A DNA stretch of 64,000 bases, taken from the sequence record LR756500.1; one strand, 5' to 3'. Shown in pieces: positions 24,434 through 34,055 of this stretch. Made by a program: the position numbers and the translations under genes. A model generated the notes under the pieces. It ran no database searches. It was not told where the DNA came from and saw nothing but the letters and a program-made list of their open reading frames with translations. Numbering within the stretch: the first letter of the stretch is position 1; every line of letters starts with the position of its first letter.

Positions 24434-26152
24434 TTATTTATATTCGATATCATCAAATAAAATAGGTATACGTTTCTTGAATTCATCTAAAAGTGGACGC
24501 ATTAATTCTCTCATTTGAGGATGGGCTGCATTTGCAACTCTTAGTTTAAAAATATGTCTCCAATCTCTAATATTAGTTGACATATTTATTTCAGTCTTTA
24601 ATGAATTTGGTAATACTGATCTTGCTTGTTGTGGAGACCATTTGTAATCATTCATTAATTTATTATAATATTGTTCAGATTTTAACATTGATGTTAACCA
24701 TTGTACATTTACCGAAGGATAATCAAAATCTTTTGCTAAAGCATTAACATCAAATTCTGTATAAATATGTTCTTTAATATCTAACCATTCTGGTATAATA
24801 AAAGTAATATTATCATCTTTACTATAATTACAATAACGGGTACTATTATGAACTATAAATCCATTAGCAATATAATTAGAATATGGTTCTTTCATTTCTA
24901 TATCATAAGTATCTTCTACACCAATATATGTAATACTTATAATTTCATCTATTATTCCTTTAACACCTATATGCCAACCGTGATGTAATAAATTATGACA
25001 ACTACAGCATACTTTTGTAAGATTTATATCTTCATTATTGTTTAGATCTTTATCTTTATGATGAACTTCTAATTTAATATTACTTCCACATAATTCACAT
25101 GAAAATATATTTTCTTTCTTAAATCTTGCTTCATCTCTACCTCTCAGTCCGCCACTCCAATTAGAATTATCTTCTCCAAATCCATTGTTATGATGGTTAA
25201 GCCTTAACGAATTTGCTTGCCTTTTAACTGATACATTATTATCCTCGGTTAATCCTTTATTCCAGACAACTCTCCCATCATTGTACTGTTTTTGTATTGT
25301 ATTTTTAATTTTAATATATGAATCAGCAGTATGATTTTTATTGTACTTATCTTTATCTTTATCATTTTTTCGTTTAACAAAAATATTAAGTGTTTGAAGT
25401 TTAGTAAGAATTGTTCTATATGGAATAGAAAATTCTTCACTAATTTCCGTAGGAGATAACCCAACTATATTATATAATCTAATTAATTCATTATCAGATA
25501 ACGTGCATAAATTAGGTCTGCCATTAACTATAACCTTACTACCAATACTTAAATTTCGTAATTCTTCATATTTGTGAGTACTTGTCAAAAATCTATGAGT
25601 ATTAGTACACTTTATTTTATACCCCAATTTAGTAACAACTTCAAATATTACATTATTACCCTTAAAGAATATAGCATTAAAATGATTAGATACTATTTCA
25701 TTATTTTCATTTATACTTCGTAAAGTTAATGTCTTATTATGAGTTCTGTCATAATTTGTACCATGTTCTTGTCTTTCATATAATTCTTTGATAGTAATAT
25801 TTTTATTAGAGGTTGACTTAATAATAGTATCACCTGTTACACATTCTTGGGCAAAACTAGCTATTCTGTGTCTAACTAATTCATGACTAACTCCTCTATC
25901 ACATGTAAATTTAACAGTAATATTACCACCGAATTCTAACATTGCTTCGTGACCCATTTTAATAAGTTTAGCAATAAGTACTCTTGCTGATATAGCATCT
26001 AAATCATATAATTCACCATTAGGTGTTCTATGACCTATTTCTATTTTACCTTCGCTTTTATAACAAGTTCTAGCCGCTATTTCAATTTCTTTTAAAATAC
26101 TTTCTCCATCAATAGGAGTTAATATTTCATATTTTGATTTGATTAAATTCAT
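24434..26152 (-). CDS. thyX: FAD-dependent thymidylate synthase containing an intein
   Basis: GHEAMLEF, RGVSHELVRHRIASFAQE|intein|STRYCNY, ARSVLPNS and WRHIFKLR...AHPQMR. Confidence 0.92.
   Translation of the reverse strand: MNLIKSKYEILTPIDGESILKEIEIAARTCYKSEGKIEIGHRTPNGELYDLDAISARVLIAKLIKMGHEAMLEFGGNITVKFTCDRGVSHELVRHRIASFAQECVTGDTIIKSTSNKNITIKELYERQEHGTNYDRTHNKTLTLRSINENNEIVSNHFNAIFFKGNNVIFEVVTKLGYKIKCTNTHRFLTSTHKYEELRNLSIGSKVIVNGRPNLCTLSDNELIRLYNIVGLSPTEISEEFSIPYRTILTKLQTLNIFVKRKNDKDKDKYNKNHTADSYIKIKNTIQKQYNDGRVVWNKGLTEDNNVSVKRQANSLRLNHHNNGFGEDNSNWSGGLRGRDEARFKKENIFSCELCGSNIKLEVHHKDKDLNNNEDINLTKVCCSCHNLLHHGWHIGVKGIIDEIISITYIGVEDTYDIEMKEPYSNYIANGFIVHNSTRYCNYSKDDNITFIIPEWLDIKEHIYTEFDVNALAKDFDYPSVNVQWLTSMLKSEQYYNKLMNDYKWSPQQARSVLPNSLKTEINMSTNIRDWRHIFKLRVANAAHPQMRELMRPLLDEFKKRIPILFDDIEYK
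24845..25843 (-). mobile_element. Cis-splicing intein (333 aa) with HNH endonuclease
   Basis: Starts CVTGDT, has block B CTNTHRF, HNH CELCG...LEVHHKD...N....CCSCHNLLH, and ends TYDIEM...YIANGFIVHN|S. Confidence 0.9.
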
Positions 26153-26167
26153 TTTAATTATTTTAAA

Positions 26168-27262
26168 TTACATAAAAACTATGTCTAAAGGATTATCACT
26201 AAAATAATCATTTAAATTTTTTAATATTGGTTTCTTTTCAAAATAAGCTATTTTTATAAGATCATTTAAATCTTTAATTTTCCTATTAATTAGAAAATTA
26301 TCTCTTAAATACTTATCCCATAAAAATACTCTTTTATTTTTTTTAATTTTTTGTATCATTTTTTCTTTGCCTGCTTTATCATTATCGAAAAAATATTTTA
26401 CAGTAGGTAATTCATCAAAATCAAAAGGTTCCTTTCCAACTCCTGTTAATGAAAGAGAATTTGAAAGGAACATTGAATCAATAGGTCCTTCAAACATAGT
26501 AAAATCTTTTGTTAAATCTATGCTAAGTATACCGAATATTAAAGATAATTTATCTAATCTATCTCTATCTTTAGCGATTAATTCTAAGCCCATTAAATCT
26601 CTTAATTTAGATATATCATAACTTAAATATTTACTTCTAGTCGTTTTAGTTGAATCTAAATTTCTTGTTTGAAACCCAAGTATTTTATTACCATTATGAT
26701 TAAGATTAAATATTGCTAATAATTTTTTAGTTGGATTATAAGCAAAATTATTTAATTTATGATGTAATAATCTACTTTTTAAATAAGGATAAGCTCTGTA
26801 TGTTTTTTCATTAATAGGATAGTAATCGAATTTTGTAAAAAAATCCTCTTTACTAATAGCCAAATCATTTATATTTTTAAACATTTCTATATCTAATGAA
26901 TCAACTGCTGCTATTTCAGATTGATTTTCTTTAATATATTTAAGTACAGTAAAATGATTACTATCTGTAAAGTATCTATTAAAATCTGATAAAAATTTAA
27001 CTAAGCTTTTATGTTTATTACAGTTATAACAATGAAAATATAATGTATCCCACCAAATATTGCCCCGTTTTTTTGTAGCATCTGCATACGAATCTCCGCA
27101 ATACGGACATGCAAATTGTAGTCTATCCTCGTGTGTATTTATGTTTCTCTTTTCAGAAGAGCGATGCTCTGTATTGAGCACCGCTTGTACTTCTGATTCA
27201 ATAAGAGTTTTGAGTTGAGGAGTTATGACTATTTTTTCCACTGACTCAAATAATGATGTCAT
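26168..27262 (-). CDS. DNA primase, T4 gp61-like
   Basis: Zn finger CPYCGDS...KRG...FHCYNC; TOPRIM EGPIDSMFL and FDND. Confidence 0.9.
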   Translation of the reverse strand: MTSLFESVEKIVITPQLKTLIESEVQAVLNTEHRSSEKRNINTHEDRLQFACPYCGDSYADATKKRGNIWWDTLYFHCYNCNKHKSLVKFLSDFNRYFTDSNHFTVLKYIKENQSEIAAVDSLDIEMFKNINDLAISKEDFFTKFDYYPINEKTYRAYPYLKSRLLHHKLNNFAYNPTKKLLAIFNLNHNGNKILGFQTRNLDSTKTTRSKYLSYDISKLRDLMGLELIAKDRDRLDKLSLIFGILSIDLTKDFTMFEGPIDSMFLSNSLSLTGVGKEPFDFDELPTVKYFFDNDKAGKEKMIQKIKKNKRVFLWDKYLRDNFLINRKIKDLNDLIKIAYFEKKPILKNLNDYFSDNPLDIVFM

Positions 27263-27263
27263 C

Positions 27264-28172
27264 TTATAAATCTAAATCTGCTAAGAATTCATTCATATCA
27301 TTTTTTTCGCTATCTTCACTACCAGCATCTTCGTCATTATTAATTGACATATGAATATTATCTAATTCAGTATCAACATTAATGTCTTCTTTTTCTGTTT
27401 TAATAGTATTAATAGCTCTACCTGGTGAACCGTAAGATGCTAATATATCTGCTACTTTTTTAGTAGTTGCATCATCCCATGGTTTAAAATCAAAATCTTC
27501 GATTTTAGGAGCATCTGCTAATAAATCCATTATTAGTTTTCTACCACTTTCAGTATTTTCAACATTTTCTCCATTAATTTGTATTGGAGATTTTTTACCT
27601 TGAAATTTACAGGAATCATAATTATTAAAACCAAAAGCTTTAGTAATTGTTAATTCAAAATTTTTACCTTCAAATAAATCAAATACTTGTGTAGGTTCTT
27701 CGAATTGAGGAGTTAATTCTTCATCAATTTTAAGTTTTAATTTTTGTCCGTATTTAAAAATTTTAACTTTTCCATCTAATTCAGGATTATGTGGGTCTTT
27801 AATTATCTGAACAAGAGAATAATAAACTTCTCTTCTTTTTAAATCATCAGACATTTTTTTATCTACTGCAGAAGTACTATTTCTTAGTTTAAAGAATTTA
27901 TCTTGAACTGGATCTTTATCACCAATAGTATGAGGTGCATCATAAAGACCAAAGTTACCAGCAGAATCTTTTAACCAGTAAACAAATTTTCTAATAATAG
28001 ATTTTCTTGGATTTCTAGGATTAGGTAAGAATCTAATTAATGATCTATAAACTGAATCTTTACCTTCGTCAGCTGTAGGTTTGTACAGTACTGTTTCTTT
28101 TTTTCCTTCGTTGTAAGAATCGATATCTTTAATGCCTAGATCAAAGATACTCATTGGATTGTCATTTGCCAT
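27264..28172 (-). CDS. Single-stranded DNA-binding protein, T4 gp32-like
   Basis: IRFLPNP, DP......G.VKIFKYG.K and FDLFEGKNF.L...GF.NYD, with an acidic C-terminal tail. Confidence 0.85.
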   Translation of the reverse strand: MANDNPMSIFDLGIKDIDSYNEGKKETVLYKPTADEGKDSVYRSLIRFLPNPRNPRKSIIRKFVYWLKDSAGNFGLYDAPHTIGDKDPVQDKFFKLRNSTSAVDKKMSDDLKRREVYYSLVQIIKDPHNPELDGKVKIFKYGQKLKLKIDEELTPQFEEPTQVFDLFEGKNFELTITKAFGFNNYDSCKFQGKKSPIQINGENVENTESGRKLIMDLLADAPKIEDFDFKPWDDATTKKVADILASYGSPGRAINTIKTEKEDINVDTELDNIHMSINNDEDAGSEDSEKNDMNEFLADLDL

Positions 28173-28558
28173 TTGTTGCCTTTTTTATTTTTAATTGTTA
28201 AACACTTGACAAATCAAGAAAAATTTCGATGTTTCCAACAATTAAACCATTTAATGCCTCTAGAAAGCTGGTTAATTTTCCTTAATTTGCCTTTTTATTT
28301 TCGTTAAATATACATTAATATACAAAAATTAACATATGTAATAGTATATTTATAAGATATCAATCATTAATGGTTATACTATTAACCATTATCAACTATC
28401 TTTAAAGAATTGTTGACTACTTTTCTTATTACTTTAATATAAAGTTAAGAATAATTTCTATATTAATCTTTGTATATTTTATATATTTAATTATATTTTA
28501 AATTATATACCAAACCATGTGGTTGTTACATAATTTTAAATTTATTTTTAAAATATTT

Positions 28559-28903
28559 TTAAACCTTTTCACTTACATTAATATCCATATCATTAGGTAT
28601 AATTAACATAACATCTGAAGGTCTCATACTTATTAATTCTTGCTCACTAAATCCTTTTAAATGGACTTTTATTCCTGAAAAAGGTTGAAATAATATTCTA
28701 TCTCCTATATTTAGATCAGGATCTTCTTCTTTAGCTTTATTTCCAATATGAACTATTATACCAGTATGCTTAAGTTCATTTTGTAATAAAACAATTCCTG
28801 ATGCTGTTTCCATTTCAGATTCTTCTCTAATTACTAAAAGTCTTGATGAAATAGCTTTCACTCCTTTTAATAATTCCAATTTTTTATTCATTTTATTATC
28901 CAT
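28559..28903 (-). CDS. groES: Co-chaperonin GroES/gp31-like
   Basis: RLLV...ETASGIVL...G.IV.IG...IGDRILF...G......D.M.II pattern. Confidence 0.85.
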   Translation of the reverse strand: MDNKMNKKLELLKGVKAISSRLLVIREESEMETASGIVLLQNELKHTGIIVHIGNKAKEEDPDLNIGDRILFQPFSGIKVHLKGFSEQELISMRPSDVMLIIPNDMDINVSEKV

Positions 28904-29147
28904 ATGTAAAATTTTTAAATTATATGCTACAAAAACAAATAGTTTTAATTTTTAAAATTTATTTTTATTTTTAATTTTTTATCTGAATCTCGAAACTTTA
29001 TAGTAAAAACCCAATATAAAATTTACAGTTAAAGGGCCGGTGAAATGTAATATTAAAAGGAGCTATTATAGTATTTAAACGGCCTCTGACGGTAATCCTA
29101 GATGCATTTATTTATTATTAATATAGTATCTATAATTAAATAATACG

Positions 29148-29825
29148 CTATTTCCTAATATCATACAAATATTTACAAATGAAATATGCATCAACTAAGT
29201 CATCAATTGGTTTAACAATATCCTTTTTAGCATTTACACATTTATTATCATTATTAGTTAGCCATTTCCAAAATAGAGATTGTCCTAATATTATATCTTT
29301 TAATACGTTTTTCTTAAAATATTCATACATCATTAATTTATTTGCATTACCCTTCCCAGCGTGCATTTTTATAGCAGAAGGACTAAATACACTAATATTA
29401 TTCCCAAAATTATCATATAACTTACTTCTTAAAAATGAGTTAAAAATAATTAAATCGATAAACGCATTTCCCTTCGATCCGTAGGAAAAACCCTCAATAG
29501 CAATATTTATATTTTTTGAATTATTAACCTTTTTGGTTAGTATATTTATAATATCATTAGCTAGATTAGTCGCATCCTGTATTTTTTGAAATTGATCAAT
29601 CGCATAATCATCATTTTTACGTCTTCTATCATATAGATAAATATCAGCATATTTATTATCTAATAATTCTTTATGAATTTCTAGAGCCTTTGGTATTTTC
29701 TTTTTAATTAGTGAATCCTTTTCATAATTTGAAAAGGATATAAATTCATATTCAGTACTATTAAAAATACAAAGTGAAGGAGAGTTTAAAGAAAAATCTA
29801 TTCCTACATAATAGGTAATATCCAT
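29148..29825 (-). CDS. ruvC: RuvC-like Holliday junction resolvase
   Basis: YVGIDFSLNSP, IAIEGFSYGS, P.AIK..AGKGNANK and DDLVDAYF acidic catalytic motifs. Confidence 0.75.
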   Translation of the reverse strand: MDITYYVGIDFSLNSPSLCIFNSTEYEFISFSNYEKDSLIKKKIPKALEIHKELLDNKYADIYLYDRRRKNDDYAIDQFQKIQDATNLANDIINILTKKVNNSKNINIAIEGFSYGSKGNAFIDLIIFNSFLRSKLYDNFGNNISVFSPSAIKMHAGKGNANKLMMYEYFKKNVLKDIILGQSLFWKWLTNNDNKCVNAKKDIVKPIDDLVDAYFICKYLYDIRK

Positions 29826-29841
29826 TGTTAAATTGTTTAAG

Positions 29842-29875
29842 AAATAAAAGCCCTATTAATTTAGGGCTTTTATTT
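29842..29875. terminator. Probable (bidirectional) intrinsic terminator
   Basis: aaataaaagcccta / tagggcttttattt 14-bp stem with A/T tracts on both sides, just after the 29898 stop. Confidence 0.75.
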
Positions 29876-29897
29876 TATGATTTATAAATTTTAGTAA

Positions 29898-30749
29898 TTA
29901 TTTTACTATATCAATAATTTGTTGAGCTTTAATTTCAATTGAAGCTTTAACTTCGGTTGGAAGTTTTGCCATAACATCTGCATCTATTTTAGATAAAGAT
30001 TCAATTATAAATTGTTTATCTTTAATTTGTAAATGTTTAACATTATCAATATATTTTTTAATATCTTTTTGTTCTTCTACTGATTCTGTTATTGCTAAAG
30101 ATTCTTTTGCTTCATTTGCTTTTTTCTTTTTTCTAGCTAATGCTGCTACACCTAAACCTGCACCTGCAACAACTCCTGTACCTATAGCAACTTTTTTGCC
30201 AACTGGAGTCATAGCAATCTTTCCTCCTTTTCTATAAGCAAAAAGTTTTTTACCACCTTTACCACCTATAGTTTTAGTTAAAACTTTTTTAGATCCATGA
30301 GCTACTTTTTTAGCAATTGTTCCAATTCCTTCTTCTAATTTATTTAATTCTTCTTCAGCTAATGGAGTAATTCCTTCTTCATCTGATAAATGATAATATT
30401 CAATATCTTCATTTTCTTCGATTGCTTCTAATTCAGCTTTTTCTTCTTCAGTTAATGATTCAAATTCTTCATCAGTTAAACCAAAGTATACGTTTTCAGA
30501 TGTAATATCATCTTGATTTTCATTTTCATTTTCATCTAATTGTTCTAATTCATTTAATTTAGATTCAAATAAATCTTGATCTAATATAAAATCTTCTTCG
30601 ATTTTAGTATCATACCATTCATTTAAAAAGCTTTGTGCATCTTCATCTGAATTTAACCATTCATATGCTAATAAAGAAGAAACTTCTTCTTGTGTAAATT
30701 CTCTATTTACAACGTTAAAATAATCTGTAAAATTTAATACATTTTCCAT
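29898..30749 (-). CDS. Putative virion internal protein: acidic N-half, basic Gly-rich hydrophobic C-segment
   Basis: Very E/D-rich with many LxE sites, then KKVAIGTGVVAGAGLGVAALARKKKK. Confidence 0.55.
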   Translation of the reverse strand: MENVLNFTDYFNVVNREFTQEEVSSLLAYEWLNSDEDAQSFLNEWYDTKIEEDFILDQDLFESKLNELEQLDENENENQDDITSENVYFGLTDEEFESLTEEEKAELEAIEENEDIEYYHLSDEEGITPLAEEELNKLEEGIGTIAKKVAHGSKKVLTKTIGGKGGKKLFAYRKGGKIAMTPVGKKVAIGTGVVAGAGLGVAALARKKKKANEAKESLAITESVEEQKDIKKYIDNVKHLQIKDKQFIIESLSKIDADVMAKLPTEVKASIEIKAQQIIDIVK

Positions 30750-30789
30750 AATTTAATATTTTGTTTTAATTTATTTTATATATTTGGAA

Positions 30790-31167
30790 TTATTTGGCTT
30801 TTTTACTACTACCACTTCCTATAGCAGCACCTATAGCTGTACCAACTAATCTGCTAGTTAAAAGGTCAAAAAATACTCCTTTTTCAATTCCTAATATTTT
30901 AGCAATTAGTTTTCCAACTGATTTACCTAATGCAAATCCAACTAAACCCCCAAATATTGCTCCTAAAAATCCTTCATTAATTTCATCAAAATTAATTTCC
31001 TCTAATTTTTTTCCTTCAAATTGTTTGACATACAAATTAATTGCTTCATCAATTTTATTTTCTAACTCTTCTGTTAGCACTATATCTTCATTAATATTTT
31101 CATTAACGAATGAATTAAATGTTTTAAATTCATTATCATTATTTTTATATTCTATAAAAGTTTCCAT
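30790..31167 (-). CDS. Small protein with Gly-zipper hydrophobic helices
   Basis: EINEGFLGAIFGGLVGFALGKSVG...LVGTAIGAAIG, preceded by tag-like FKTFNSFVNE. Confidence 0.65.
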   Translation of the reverse strand: METFIEYKNNDNEFKTFNSFVNENINEDIVLTEELENKIDEAINLYVKQFEGKKLEEINFDEINEGFLGAIFGGLVGFALGKSVGKLIAKILGIEKGVFFDLLTSRLVGTAIGAAIGSGSSKKAK

Positions 31168-31197
31168 TATTAAATTCTATTTATGTTATATATTTTT

Positions 31198-31752
31198 TTA
31201 ATCTAATTCTACTTTAGTAATTAATTCATCATATCCAAATGTACAATCAAATGTTGTAAAGTCTTGTGAGTTATTTGAAAAAGACATTTCTAAAGAACCT
31301 ATTTCTTTAAATAACAGTTTTCTGAACTCTGAAGTAACAATAATATTACCTTCTGAATCTAATATTCTCAAACTTGTACCTTCAGGTATAAAAGGTTTAG
31401 GTTGTGGAAATTGATACCAAAAAGCTAAAGTATCCAATAATATCCAATAATTAATATTACCATCTAATAATTGTAATGTTATAGTAAGTTCTTTAGACAT
31501 TAATTCTTGTTCTGGAACAGATGCCCTATATTGACGGGTTCTTCCGTGCTTTCCAACTTGTGTTGCAGGATCATAAGAAACTGCGGGTAAATTTACTGAC
31601 TGAACTGAATAATTTATAAAATCAATCGGTCTAGTTATCATATTACCTGGAATTCTATTTAAATATTTACTATATCTATCCTTTATTTCATCAGGTATAA
31701 ATGCTATAGGAAAGTTAAATAAAAATAAATTATTTCTGCTATTTAATATCAT
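31198..31752 (-). CDS. Tail tube-fold protein (gp19/gp3/gp54-like)
   Basis: 184 aa with VQSVNLP, ELTIT, RILD..GN and TFDCTF.Y pattern; lies in the structural module. Confidence 0.6.
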   Translation of the reverse strand: MILNSRNNLFLFNFPIAFIPDEIKDRYSKYLNRIPGNMITRPIDFINYSVQSVNLPAVSYDPATQVGKHGRTRQYRASVPEQELMSKELTITLQLLDGNINYWILLDTLAFWYQFPQPKPFIPEGTSLRILDSEGNIIVTSEFRKLLFKEIGSLEMSFSNNSQDFTTFDCTFGYDELITKVELD

Positions 31753-31755
31753 ATT

Positions 31756-32634
31756 TTAAAAATTAGTTGTTTTAAATGATTTTGCTTGTGCTTCTAAATC
31801 TTTTATATTATTTCCTTCTGTTAAAGAATTATTAATATTCGTAGAATAATTTAAAGCTTCTCTATCTTTTTCAATCAATACTTGTTGATCCTTAGTTAAT
31901 TTATCAGCATCTTTAGCTGATAATTTAGGCTTAACACTATCTAATAATTGTTGTAAATTTTTATTTGATTCTGTTAAACTCTTTAAATATTTTTTAAGAG
32001 TAATTATTTCTTGATCTTTTTTAGATGATATAGTATTTTGTTCTACTACAGTTAAACTTAAATCATTAAGTATAGTTTCACTATTATTTTTTAAATTACT
32101 ATAATCTCTTTTAAGGGTATTAGTAGGTATTTCATTAAATGGAAAAAACTTACCTGTGTATAAAACAGACTCATCAGATTCTTCACCATTAGTTGTTAAT
32201 TTAGATGATATGTAAAAATTATTATCTTTAAAAGCTAATATTTTTTTAGATTGATCTTTATTAATCTTGAACAATACTTGTCCATGTTTAGGATCTATTC
32301 CATTACTTTCTTTAATATTCTGAATTTTAACTTCACTGTTATTACTTAAAAAGCTTAAATATAAATCGCCAGTGTTAGTTAAATCTATTGGAATATCTTC
32401 TCCATTTTTTTCTTGTACTAAATTGAATAAAAAATAATCATCAAATGGAGAAATTCCAATATAAGCTTCTCCTTGATAATAATAAGTTTCATTATCACTT
32501 AGATTAGCAACTTGTGCTACATTATAATTTAAAGGCTTTTCATTTAAATTAGATAAATTTAAATTACTGTCTTTAGCCATAGCTTGTATATTTGCTAAGG
32601 AATTATTTCTTTGTATTTTGTTTGACAAACTCAT
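31756..32634 (-). CDS. Putative structural protein with C-terminal coiled coil
   Basis: 292-aa ORF in the structural cluster. Confidence 0.55.
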   Translation of the reverse strand: MSLSNKIQRNNSLANIQAMAKDSNLNLSNLNEKPLNYNVAQVANLSDNETYYYQGEAYIGISPFDDYFLFNLVQEKNGEDIPIDLTNTGDLYLSFLSNNSEVKIQNIKESNGIDPKHGQVLFKINKDQSKKILAFKDNNFYISSKLTTNGEESDESVLYTGKFFPFNEIPTNTLKRDYSNLKNNSETILNDLSLTVVEQNTISSKKDQEIITLKKYLKSLTESNKNLQQLLDSVKPKLSAKDADKLTKDQQVLIEKDREALNYSTNINNSLTEGNNIKDLEAQAKSFKTTNF

Positions 32635-34042
32635 TTTTATTTTCCTTTTTAATTTTATCTAGTTTAACTTTTGAAAAACTTACTTTTATATTTACTCTAT
32701 CTCTATAGACATTTACAAATTCTGTTTTAATTTGAATTTTTGAATTATTAAGAGATGTTTCATTTTGGCTTAAAACTGAATTTTCAGAATTAATTTTTTC
32801 AATTTTATTATATATGTGTACTATTTTAGGTGATACACCCATATTTAATTGTTGCATTTTAGGACCATATTTTTTAACATTAAATGATGTTAAAGTAGAT
32901 GTTTTTATTATTTGAGTATTATCTACTCTATTTATAATTCTTAATGCATAATTAATAGTATATGATACTGCAGAGGATGCATTCATTACAACAGGTCTAT
33001 ATATAACAGGCTTATCCCAATATTCTGTTTGTATTAAAGTTTGACGAGTTGTTTCAACAAATTCTGTATCTATTTGTTCCTCTAAAAAAAATTCATGAAA
33101 CACCATATAATTAGAATTTGGCTGATTATTTAATGTTGTAATAAAATCTTCAAATATAATACCGTTATATTCACCATATAATTCATAATAATCGCCTGAT
33201 TCAGATTCTTTTATTTTTGCTACTAATTGTTCAAATTCATCTTTTTGATTAAATGATACAGAATTATTTTCTCTTACAGAAAAATATGTAAATCCATTTT
33301 CCTTTTTAGATTCAAATATTTCTAATAATTTAATATCTATCATTGTAGACTTTAATAAACCTACACCTAAATTTCTATTAGTTGGAGCTATATCAGTTTG
33401 AACGTTTTTAGATGTTAACCTTGAATTTAATGTATCACTACTAATAGGAGGATTTGCTGTATTAGGGCTTAATAAATAATTTACAGCTGGAATTTTAACC
33501 TCAATATATGAAGAATATTCTTTTTCACCAACTATAAATGGATTTGAATTAAATGTTTGATAACTATCAGTTTTTCTATATACTAACGACATCAAATTAA
33601 TAACTGCTCCACCTCTTTGTGTAATAGTAATATTAAAGATATATCCATCTAAGTCACTAAATGTAAAACCTGTTTGTAAATGTATTTTAATTGTATCATA
33701 CTTTATATTAGTTGTAGTAGGACTATCAAAATTTTGAACTAAATTTGTAGTCTTAGTTAAATTAGAATCATAATCTATATAATTTATAGGTAAATCCTTA
33801 TTTAAATAAACATATTTTGAATATTTATTATTTACAGGAATTGCACTTCTATCTCTTATATTACCCATGTCAATAGGTGCACTATCACTATTAAAATAAT
33901 AGTTAGTGTTGGTATATCCATTCGATAATATTTCAACTGGATGAGAATCTACTTCATATGATTCTGGGTTAAGAGTATCAGTATAAATATATTCTATTAA
34001 TATTTGTTTATCTATTTGTACATATTTTGAAGATCTAGCCAT
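32603..34042 (-). CDS. Putative virion structural protein
   Basis: 479-aa beta-rich ORF in the structural cluster. Confidence 0.55.
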   Translation of the reverse strand: MARSSKYVQIDKQILIEYIYTDTLNPESYEVDSHPVEILSNGYTNTNYYFNSDSAPIDMGNIRDRSAIPVNNKYSKYVYLNKDLPINYIDYDSNLTKTTNLVQNFDSPTTTNIKYDTIKIHLQTGFTFSDLDGYIFNITITQRGGAVINLMSLVYRKTDSYQTFNSNPFIVGEKEYSSYIEVKIPAVNYLLSPNTANPPISSDTLNSRLTSKNVQTDIAPTNRNLGVGLLKSTMIDIKLLEIFESKKENGFTYFSVRENNSVSFNQKDEFEQLVAKIKESESGDYYELYGEYNGIIFEDFITTLNNQPNSNYMVFHEFFLEEQIDTEFVETTRQTLIQTEYWDKPVIYRPVVMNASSAVSYTINYALRIINRVDNTQIIKTSTLTSFNVKKYGPKMQQLNMGVSPKIVHIYNKIEKINSENSVLSQNETSLNNSKIQIKTEFVNVYRDRVNIKVSFSKVKLDKIKKENKNEFVKQNTKK

Positions 34043-34055
34043 ATCATTTATTAAT

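Noticed and set aside
29030-29100. Hammerhead ribozyme (GAAA ... CTGACG)
   Set aside because: The core reads CUGACGG rather than CUGANGA, and no stem II pairing could be formed.
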